Positions 38,443 through 46,566 of a stretch of DNA of 64,000 bases are shown here, piece by piece. Below the pieces are notes generated by a model that saw only the letters and a program-made list of their open reading frames with translations, searched no databases and had not been told where the DNA came from. Positions within the stretch are counted from its first letter, which is position 1. Each line of letters opens with the position of its first letter. The translations under genes were made by a program, and so were the position numbers. This DNA is from an uncultured Planctomycetia bacterium (lineage in GTDB: Bacteria; Planctomycetota; Planctomycetia; Pirellulales; S012-138): positions 4,674 through 68,673 of the forward strand of contig CALOEH010000107.1 in the NCBI GenBank assembly GCA_942492195.1, read 5' to 3'.

Positions 38443-40914
38443 ATGATGGTTTGCCGATTCGCTCTGGTCGTGTGTTGCTGCCTAGGTGCGTTGAGTTCAG
38501 CCACCGGCGAGCATCTCTCGGCGGCCGAGCTTGCCGTTGCCCCCCAGTCGGTTCGAGTGGTGCCTGAGCAAATGGCGCTCGGTGTCCGCCGGCGTCCCCA
38601 TTCGCTGCTTGTCACCGGCCGCACGGCGGAGGGGATCGATGTTGACCTGACGACCGTGGCTAAGTTCGAAATCAAAGACCCCAAGATTGCCAGGGTCGAC
38701 GCTCTCGGCTGGGTTCATCCACTGGCCAACGGTTCGACGCAGGTTGAAATTTCGGCCGCTGGCCAAAAGTTGCAAGTCGCCGTGGAGTGCCAGCTGTCCG
38801 AGCAGCCTACGCCGTTTAGCTTTGTCGAAGACGTGATGCCAGCTCTTTCCAAGGCAGGCTGCAACATGGGTGCCTGTCATGGTTATTCGCTGGGTAAGAA
38901 TGGATTTCGGCTTTCGCTACGAGGGGCGGATGCTGCCTTCGATTTCGATTCCATCACCCAGGAGTTTTACGGTCGCCGGATTCATGTGCATCAGCCAGCC
39001 GCCAGCTTGATGATCCAGAAGCCGCTGGGCAACGTACCGCACAAAGGGGGCGTGCGGTTCGAGCCCGACAGTCTGTTGCACGGTTTGCTCTTAGGCTGGA
39101 TCCAGCAAGGTACCGAGAGCGATGTGGCATCGGCCCCCGTCGTGCAGTCGGTACGGATCGAACCGGAGCAGGTGGTCCTGCATCCTGAGATGCAGCATCA
39201 GTTGCAGTTGATTGCCACGATGTCCGACGGAACCGAGCGGGATGTGACGCACCTGGGCATTTACACCGTCAATACGGAGTCGGTGGCCACCTGCAGCGAA
39301 GAAGGCCTGGTCGAAACGCTGGACCTGGGTGAGACCGCGGTGGTGGCCCGCTACGAGCGGATCTTTGCCGTGAGCAATTTCATCGTGCTGCCGGCCGATA
39401 CCAGGTTTGAGCCGAGTCCCGTTCCGCAAGATCATCTGATTGACCTGCACGTGGTCAACAAGCTGAACGAGATGAAGATTGAACCTTCTCCGTTGGCTAC
39501 CGATGCCCAATTTCTCCGCCGGGTGTACTTGGACCTGATTGGCCTTCAGCCGACACCGGACGAAGTCCGAGCGTTTATTGCGGACACGTCTGCGGACAAG
39601 CGGGCTACGGTGATTGACTCCCTGTTCTTGCGACCAGAGTTTGTGGATCGCTGGTCGATGAAGTGGGGGGACCTGCTGCAGAACTCTCGGCTGTTTCTCT
39701 CGGACGAAAGCACGTATGCCTTCAGAGAATGGATTCGGCACATGGTCGCTTCCAACACGCCGGTGGACGAAATGACCCGGCAGTTGTTGACGGCCAGCGG
39801 GGGGGTGGATCAGGACCCGGCGGCCTCGTTCTTTGCCGTCAGCACGGATACCGACGATACCATTCAACGGGTGACGCAAGTGTTCTGCGGCGTGCGGATG
39901 CTGTGCGCCAAATGCCATCCACACCCTTTCGAAAACTGGACCCAAGCAGACTATTATGGGCTGCACAGTTTCTTCAATCAGGTCGCTTCCAAGGCAGACC
40001 CACGCCGGCCCGGTGTGCGTAACGCCAAGGCGATTTTGATCAACGCTGCGACCGGGTACAGCCGCAATCCACGCACCGGGCAGTTGCAACCTCCCAGGTT
40101 CTTGGGAGCCAACGAGCCTGAGGTCGTGATGAACGTGGATCGCCGCCAGCAGTACGCGGCCTGGCTCACTTCCGCAGAGAATCCGTTCTTTGCGCGGAGC
40201 ATGGTCAACCGTTACTGGAGCTACTTCTTCCATCGCGGCATTATTGATCCGGTGGATGATTTGCGAACCACGAATCCTCCAATCAATCCGGGTTTGCTCA
40301 CCGCACTGACCGAAGACTTTGTCGCGCACAAGTTTGATCTGCGGCATCTGATGCGGCGGATTGTAACATCGCAGACGTATCAGCGGTCGAGCGTGCCGAC
40401 AGATAGCAACGCCCACGATATGCTGAACTTTTCGCACTGCTTGCCGCGGCGGGTTAGTGCCGAAGCACTGTTGGATTCGCTGGTGCAAGCCACGGCCGTC
40501 CCTGAACGCTTCAGCGGTGCCCCGGCCGGGTTCACGGCCGCACAGTTGCCAGATGCCACGGTGAAGAGCGAGTTTCTTGACCTGTTCGGCAAACCACAGC
40601 GGATGGAAGCCTGCGAATGCGAACGGGACGATGGTTCGAATATGCTACAGGCGTTGCATTTCATCAACGGCCCATCGATTCTCAACCGCGTGTCGAGCCC
40701 CGCAGGCAGGATCGCCCAATTGCTCAAAGCTCAGGCAGACGATGATCTGCTGGTCGAGGAGATGTACCTCTGGCTGCTGGCCCGACTGCCGAGCGAAGCG
40801 GAACAGGCGTTGGCTGCCAAACACTTCAGGGCTTACGGTGAGAAGCGTGCCGATGCCGCCCAAGATCTGGCTTGGGCACTGCTGAATAGCAAGGATTTCT
40901 TGCTGATTCACTAG
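38443..40914 (+). CDS. DUF1549 (PSCyt2) / DUF1553 (PSD1) protein with an N-terminal Ig-like region
   Basis: FLRRVYLDLIGLQPTPDEVRAFIAD...RPEFVDRWSMKWGDLL (DUF1549), CAKCHPHPFENWTQADYYGLHSFF, and MEACECERDDGSNMLQALHFINGP (DUF1553). Confidence 0.85.
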   Translation: MMVCRFALVVCCCLGALSSATGEHLSAAELAVAPQSVRVVPEQMALGVRRRPHSLLVTGRTAEGIDVDLTTVAKFEIKDPKIARVDALGWVHPLANGSTQVEISAAGQKLQVAVECQLSEQPTPFSFVEDVMPALSKAGCNMGACHGYSLGKNGFRLSLRGADAAFDFDSITQEFYGRRIHVHQPAASLMIQKPLGNVPHKGGVRFEPDSLLHGLLLGWIQQGTESDVASAPVVQSVRIEPEQVVLHPEMQHQLQLIATMSDGTERDVTHLGIYTVNTESVATCSEEGLVETLDLGETAVVARYERIFAVSNFIVLPADTRFEPSPVPQDHLIDLHVVNKLNEMKIEPSPLATDAQFLRRVYLDLIGLQPTPDEVRAFIADTSADKRATVIDSLFLRPEFVDRWSMKWGDLLQNSRLFLSDESTYAFREWIRHMVASNTPVDEMTRQLLTASGGVDQDPAASFFAVSTDTDDTIQRVTQVFCGVRMLCAKCHPHPFENWTQADYYGLHSFFNQVASKADPRRPGVRNAKAILINAATGYSRNPRTGQLQPPRFLGANEPEVVMNVDRRQQYAAWLTSAENPFFARSMVNRYWSYFFHRGIIDPVDDLRTTNPPINPGLLTALTEDFVAHKFDLRHLMRRIVTSQTYQRSSVPTDSNAHDMLNFSHCLPRRVSAEALLDSLVQATAVPERFSGAPAGFTAAQLPDATVKSEFLDLFGKPQRMEACECERDDGSNMLQALHFINGPSILNRVSSPAGRIAQLLKAQADDDLLVEEMYLWLLARLPSEAEQALAAKHFRAYGEKRADAAQDLAWALLNSKDFLLIH

Positions 40915-41247
40915 TGGCGGGCGAAATTATCGAGCTGGCTACAGCATTCGCTCGTACTGCCGAACTCCACCCCGCTGGCCACTCATTGAAGTCAGCCTGG
41001 CCCGAGTTTTCCGTCGCCGGTGGCCCCTGTTCTACGTCAACGTGGATTGGGTTATCAGATCGGATTGGCGCGGCGGTGGACTTTCTTCCGGCGTGGCCGA
41101 CTGCTGGCGCACGGTTTGCGTTGATGCAACACTCGGGGGGCAGTCCCCCCCTCTGACCCGCAGAAAGTTGGGAGAGTCCTGTATTCGTGACTATCCTTAC
41201 AACTGGCATAACTCGCAATCCTGTCGTGACGGCGGTCGCGACCAACG

Positions 41248-41277
41248 TTGACAATGGCCTTAAGTGGTGGTGATAAT
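41248..41277 (+). promoter_or_regulatory. sigma-70-like promoter candidate (TTGACA, 18 nt, GATAAT)
   Basis: The -35 box is at 41248-41253 and the -10 box at 41272-41277, about 230 nt upstream of ATG 41510. Confidence 0.3.
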
Positions 41278-41509
41278 AAACCTTGCGTAATTGTCTCAAT
41301 CCTGCGGACAGGCGGCGCTGCATGGGCTGTGGCGGTCGCAAACAAATTCGATTCTCGAATCTGGGTTTGCGTGCCGCGGCATCGGGGTCGATGAAGACTA
41401 AGGTGATTTCCCCTAGGTCCTTCAAGCAACCGCCGAGCGTGCCATTGAGCCAAAACGTCGCTACATCGCAAATTCTGCAATTGGCCTTAGGCCAACAGGG
41501 AGTCGTTTG

Positions 41510-44500
41510 ATGTCCTGGACCCAATGGCTGTTTGGCCGACGTCACACGCCTACTCGCTCTCGAGCCGAGGACATGGAGCTTTGGCTGCAACCGCACGTGC
41601 GGCAACTCGAAGCTCGCCGGGTGTTGGCTGGTAATCCGATGGTGATGGACTTTGCTGTCGATCTGAATGAGGACACCACCTTTACCTTCACGGAAGACGA
41701 TTTCACCACCAACTATGCCGATAACGAAGTCGACGAAGATAATCCGCTGGTTAGCATCACCATCACCAGCGGGCCGACGTCCGGCAGTTTGACGCTGAAT
41801 GGCGCAGAGATCATGGGGCCGATCACTGCCGCCCAATTGAGTACGTTGCGATACGTTCCAAACGCAGATATCAACGGCACGGATTCGTTTTCTTGGACGG
41901 CCTCAGATGGCACAGGTTCGAGTAATTCTGCCGCCGTCACGTTGAACATCGCCGCAGTCGATGACGACCCTGTGGTTGCGGATAGCACCGTCAGCGCTAC
42001 TGAGGACACCGACTACACCTTCAGCGCCACCGACTTCACCGGTGCGTTTTCCGATGTAGACGGAGACACGCTGACGAAGATTACCATTACCCAAGTCCCG
42101 GGCACTGGCACGCTGAAATTCGATGGGGCTGATCTGCCTGACCCGGCAGATATCGCCTTGGCGGACCTTGGCAAACTGACGTACGAAGTGGTGGATGATT
42201 TTAATGGCAATGTCACGCTCCAGTGGACGGCCACCGCCAATGGAGTTGAATCCAACACCGGGTCGATGACCATCAACGTGGCGGCCGTCGATGACGACCC
42301 TGTCGTTGTGGATAGCACCGTCAGCACTACTGAGGACACTGACTACACTTTCACCGCCTCCGACTTCACCGGTGCGTTTTCCGATGTAGACGGAGACACG
42401 CTGACGAAGATTACGATTACCCAAGTCCCGGGCACTGGCACGCTGAAACTGGACGGGGCTGATCTGCCTGATCCGGCAGATATCGCCTTGGCGGACCTTG
42501 GCAAACTGACGTACGAAGTGGTGGATGATTTCAATGGCAATGTCACGCTCCAGTGGACGGCTACGGCTAATGGAGTTGAATCCAACACCGGGTCGATGTC
42601 CATCAACGTGGCGGCCGTCGATGACGACCCTGTCGTTGTGGATAGCACCGTCAGCACTACTGAGGACACTGACTACACTTTCACCGCCTCCGACTTCACC
42701 GGTGCGTTTTCCGATGTAGACGGAGACACGCTGACGAAGATCACCATTACCCAAGTCCCGGGCTCTGGCACGCTGAAACTGGACGGGGCTGATCTGCCTG
42801 ATCCGGCAGATATCGCCTTGGCGGACCTTGGCAAACTGACGTACGAAGTGGTGGGTGATTTCAATGGCAATGTCACGCTCCAGTGGACGGCCACCGCCAA
42901 CGGAGTTGAGTCCAACACCGGGTCGATGACCATCAACGTGGCGGCAGTGAACGATCCGCCCACGGTGGACGATGCAACATTCACGTTGAATGAAGACAGT
43001 ACGTTCACTTTTACGCAAGCGAACTTTACTAGCCTATTCAACGATAACGATGGCGATTCTCTGACCGAGATCCAGATCAATTCGTTGCCGAGCAGTGGGA
43101 CGTTGGCCGTGGGGGGAACGCCTGTCACCCTAGGGGCTACGGTCTCTGCTGCCAATTTGATGAACCTGACCTATGTGCCTGCCGCTAACGTTTCGGGGGA
43201 CTTCACATTTAGCTGGTCGGCCAACGACGGAACCGTGTTCTCCCCCACCGGTACGATCACCATGAGCGTGGCGGCGGTCAATGACGTGCCTACGGTGAGC
43301 AGCGCCAGCGTGAGTGCGGATGAAGAAGTTCGATTTGACATACCCGCGACGACATTCACGGACAACATTGACGATGTCGAAGGGGACTCGATCGATTCCA
43401 TCCGTATTGAGAGTTTGCCTAGCCGAGGCGTTCTGCGATTGAACAATTCGGTGGTGATGGTGAATGACGTCATCGATGCCGGAGATTTTGGCAACTTGAA
43501 CTATACCGGGAACCTGGACTTGTTTGGTGCCGACAGTTTCACCTGGTCGGCGTCCGACGACGGCACCAACTACTCAGCGGTTCCGGCCACCTTGACGATC
43601 AACGTGTCCAATGTGGCCGACGTGCCGACCGTGTCGGATACGAGCATCGGGGCGACCGAGGAGACTCTGCTCTCGATTCCGTCCAGCACGTTCACCGACA
43701 ACATTACGGACGTTGATAGTCCGTTCCTTCATTCCATTCGGATTGAGAGCCTGCCGACCGACGGGACGCTGCGATTGAATATGGCCGCCGTGACGGTCAA
43801 TCAAGTGATTCGCGCCGCGGACATCGGGGGCTTGAACTACACCGGCGACCTGGACTTTTTCGGCACCGACGGCTTCACCTGGTCGGCCTCGAATGATGGC
43901 GTCAATTACTCGGCGGATCCGGCCACGTTGAGTATTGTGGTGGCGAACGTGCAAGATGCCCCGCTGGTGAGCGACCTGTCGATTGATATTGACGAAGATG
44001 TGCCATACACGTTCGCCATTGAGGATTTCGAGCCGGGATTCTCGGATGTAGACGGAGAGGAAATCGCGAGGATCAGGATCACCAGCCTGCCAACCAACGG
44101 AATATTGTCGCTTGGAGCCGTCCCCATCGTGCTCGGTGTGAGCAACACATTCAACGCGAACCTGATCTCCACACTCACTTACACTCCGGGGTTGAATTTT
44201 CAAGGGACAGATTCGTTTGGTTGGACCGCTTCTGATGGAAACGAGTTTGCCGCGGTGCCGGCTGTGATGACCATCAACATTGCCTCCGTCAACGACCCAC
44301 CGGTCGGCGGCGACGATTCGTTCTTGGTGCTTGAAGATATCGCTTCTACTTGGGACGCCTCGGAGTTGCTGGCGAATGACAACGCCGGAGGGGGTGCGGA
44401 TGAAGCAGGCCAAACCGTATCGCTGCGAAGCGTGAGTGCCAGTTCGGCACAAGGGGGCACCGTCACCCGCAATGACGACGGCTTCGGCAACATCTCCGTC

Positions 44501-46540
44501 ACGTATACACCGCCCACGGACTTTGTGGGGACGGATTCATACACCTACACTTTAGAAGACGATGGAACGGACGCGGCGACTTCCACGGTGACGGTCACTT
44601 TGCAGGTCTTAGGCGTGAACGACGCTCCCGTAGTCACGGGAACCAACAAGTCAATTGGCGAAGACAACGTACTCACCACGACGGTAAATGCTACCAACGG
44701 ACCACGTGGCGGAGGACTTTCTGCGCTCGCCAGAGAAGTTGGTCAGGTCTTGACGTTCAGCCCCGCATCAACCCTGCCTGTGCATGGAACGGTGGACATC
44801 TCCCCGACCGGAACCATCACGTACACGCCGAGTCCAAATTTCAGTGGAACGGACTCGTTCACGTTTCGGGTCACGGACGATGGGGTGAGTAACCGGATCG
44901 AAATGGTTGAAGATCCGGACAACCTTGGGACATTCATCCCGACGGCGGTGGAGTTTGCCGATCCACGCTTTACCGACGTAACCGTGAACATCACCGTGGA
45001 TCCGGTGGTTGACGTCCCGGTGAGTTTTACGCCCAACCAAGTCACGCTCCGCGCTGGCGAAGGTTCGATCCTTCCGATTGACTTGTCAGGGCAGTTGCAA
45101 GATACGGATGGATCAGAAGTGCTGCAGTTTGTTGTGGAAGGAGTTCCTACGAGTTGGTCGATATCCAGCCCTAACGCGACATTCACGCGCAACGGCGGGA
45201 CTTTGACGATCACCCCCCTGAACGTCAGCAACGGGTTTGCCACGGTGAGGCTGAACGCCTTTTCGCTGAATGAATCGACCGCCACACTCACCAGCACTGC
45301 TCGGGCAACCGAGTTGGCCCTGGCAAGCTCTGAGACTCCCTTTCGATATTCTTCTGAATCATCCTTGAATGCTGGTTTTGACAATGTGGCTCCCACCGTC
45401 GTTGCCAGCGCGACTCCGGTGACGGCTGATTCGATCACCATGCTGACGCTGCAAGTTACCGATCCTGGCATCCAAGATCCGTTGTTCGTGACCATCAATT
45501 GGACGGATGGAACGATCGAAACGTTGAGTGTGACCCAGGCGCCGATTACCGTTTCGCACTTCTTTGTAGGTCCGCCAGACCCCAACAATCCGGCGGCCCC
45601 GATTGATATCATTGTCACGGCGTCCGATGGTGTTGCTCAGACATCCGAGGTTGCCAGGGCTGATGTACCGTCGGGCGGAATCACAACGGTCTCGATCGAC
45701 ACCACACGTGACTTTGCCATCACGGACCTGGTCATAGTGGACCGGTTCATCAACACACTCGACACCGAGTCCATTACGCCGCAGATTACCCAACCGGTGG
45801 GACTCCTGGCAGGTGCTGGTGAATCCTTGATTCGCGAGGGTTCAGAGATTGTGTTGCGCGTGGTCAGTGTGGATGGAAAGGAGAGCGACAACATTCCGCT
45901 GCCAGCCAATACGTTGACCCAGTTGCGCCGCTTGTTTACCAGGCTTCCCGATGGCCACTACCGGATGTACATGCTCGAGTTGGGCACCGAACGTCAACGG
46001 ATGATCTTCGACCTGTTCGTCCGGCAAGGGCGAGCAGTCAACCCGCTCGAAGTTTTCGAAGAAACAGGCGTTGGTGCCGTCGCCAACAAGCAACTCGTAC
46101 CAGATGCCAAAGTGGCCACCGAGCAGCAGGCACCGGTATTTCCCACAACTGGCAATGCCGTGGATCCGGCGGCAGGTTCTAATTCCACGGAAGAAACGGG
46201 TGGCCCAATTGTTGTACCAGGCACGGCACCAGCCAACGGCAGCGATGCTGGCCAACCGGACGCTGCGGATGGTGCAGCGCTGGAACGGGAGGGGGCGGCT
46301 CTGGCAATTGATGCCGCTGCGGCAGATCATCCTTGGAACAAGATGGCCCGCCGCATGTCACCAGCGGCATCGCTGCTGATTGCGGCAACGGTCTCGGCCC
46401 AGATGTCTCGGAGCCAACGCACTTGGAACCAGCGAGTTCAGCGTGCGTTGGATGTCGTGACCAACAACCCGCTTAGCCAAGGTGCCCGCTGGCGGAGAAA
46501 GATTACCGGATCTGGGAGCGTGGAGTCGCCTCACCAGTAG
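41510..46540 (+). CDS. giant secreted repeat protein (cadherin/VCBS-like repeats of about 110 aa)
   Basis: 1677-aa ORF (TTG 41507 / ATG 41510). N-terminal motif QLEARRVLA. About ten units are each introduced by (V/I)AAV(D/N)D.P.V, with D.DGD Ca-binding-like motifs. Confidence 0.85.
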   Translation: MSWTQWLFGRRHTPTRSRAEDMELWLQPHVRQLEARRVLAGNPMVMDFAVDLNEDTTFTFTEDDFTTNYADNEVDEDNPLVSITITSGPTSGSLTLNGAEIMGPITAAQLSTLRYVPNADINGTDSFSWTASDGTGSSNSAAVTLNIAAVDDDPVVADSTVSATEDTDYTFSATDFTGAFSDVDGDTLTKITITQVPGTGTLKFDGADLPDPADIALADLGKLTYEVVDDFNGNVTLQWTATANGVESNTGSMTINVAAVDDDPVVVDSTVSTTEDTDYTFTASDFTGAFSDVDGDTLTKITITQVPGTGTLKLDGADLPDPADIALADLGKLTYEVVDDFNGNVTLQWTATANGVESNTGSMSINVAAVDDDPVVVDSTVSTTEDTDYTFTASDFTGAFSDVDGDTLTKITITQVPGSGTLKLDGADLPDPADIALADLGKLTYEVVGDFNGNVTLQWTATANGVESNTGSMTINVAAVNDPPTVDDATFTLNEDSTFTFTQANFTSLFNDNDGDSLTEIQINSLPSSGTLAVGGTPVTLGATVSAANLMNLTYVPAANVSGDFTFSWSANDGTVFSPTGTITMSVAAVNDVPTVSSASVSADEEVRFDIPATTFTDNIDDVEGDSIDSIRIESLPSRGVLRLNNSVVMVNDVIDAGDFGNLNYTGNLDLFGADSFTWSASDDGTNYSAVPATLTINVSNVADVPTVSDTSIGATEETLLSIPSSTFTDNITDVDSPFLHSIRIESLPTDGTLRLNMAAVTVNQVIRAADIGGLNYTGDLDFFGTDGFTWSASNDGVNYSADPATLSIVVANVQDAPLVSDLSIDIDEDVPYTFAIEDFEPGFSDVDGEEIARIRITSLPTNGILSLGAVPIVLGVSNTFNANLISTLTYTPGLNFQGTDSFGWTASDGNEFAAVPAVMTINIASVNDPPVGGDDSFLVLEDIASTWDASELLANDNAGGGADEAGQTVSLRSVSASSAQGGTVTRNDDGFGNISVTYTPPTDFVGTDSYTYTLEDDGTDAATSTVTVTLQVLGVNDAPVVTGTNKSIGEDNVLTTTVNATNGPRGGGLSALAREVGQVLTFSPASTLPVHGTVDISPTGTITYTPSPNFSGTDSFTFRVTDDGVSNRIEMVEDPDNLGTFIPTAVEFADPRFTDVTVNITVDPVVDVPVSFTPNQVTLRAGEGSILPIDLSGQLQDTDGSEVLQFVVEGVPTSWSISSPNATFTRNGGTLTITPLNVSNGFATVRLNAFSLNESTATLTSTARATELALASSETPFRYSSESSLNAGFDNVAPTVVASATPVTADSITMLTLQVTDPGIQDPLFVTINWTDGTIETLSVTQAPITVSHFFVGPPDPNNPAAPIDIIVTASDGVAQTSEVARADVPSGGITTVSIDTTRDFAITDLVIVDRFINTLDTESITPQITQPVGLLAGAGESLIREGSEIVLRVVSVDGKESDNIPLPANTLTQLRRLFTRLPDGHYRMYMLELGTERQRMIFDLFVRQGRAVNPLEVFEETGVGAVANKQLVPDAKVATEQQAPVFPTTGNAVDPAAGSNSTEETGGPIVVPGTAPANGSDAGQPDAADGAALEREGAALAIDAAAADHPWNKMARRMSPAASLLIAATVSAQMSRSQRTWNQRVQRALDVVTNNPLSQGARWRRKITGSGSVESPHQ
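41951..42940 (+). repeat. three tandem 330-bp near-identical coding repeats
   Basis: Units are 41951-42280, 42281-42610 and 42611-42940. By eye, units 2 and 3 differ at only about ten positions. Confidence 0.9.
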
Positions 46541-46566
46541 GTCTCGCGAAGTCATCCATTCAACCG

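Noticed and set aside
39091-40488. 465-aa minus-strand ORF antisense to the DUF1549/DUF1553 gene
   Set aside because: It is a shadow ORF opposite a gene with strong family signatures, and its composition is Arg/His/Pro-rich.
40826-41836. 336-aa minus-strand ORF spanning the 40915-41506 intergenic region
   Set aside because: It overlaps the ends of two well-supported plus-strand genes and the promoter-like site. It is Arg/Pro-rich and I recognise nothing in it.
41951-42940. Regular repeats that might suggest a CRISPR array (also the 15-bp repeats at 20044-20118)
   Set aside because: The units are contiguous with no unique spacers. The periods are multiples of three and in frame with long ORFs. 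No cas genes are present.
41903-45618. A series of long minus-strand ORFs (41903-43018, 43574-44452, 44743-45618 and smaller ones) inside the giant adhesin gene
   Set aside because: They are antisense shadows of a repetitive coding region. Their own repetitiveness simply mirrors the sense-strand repeats.
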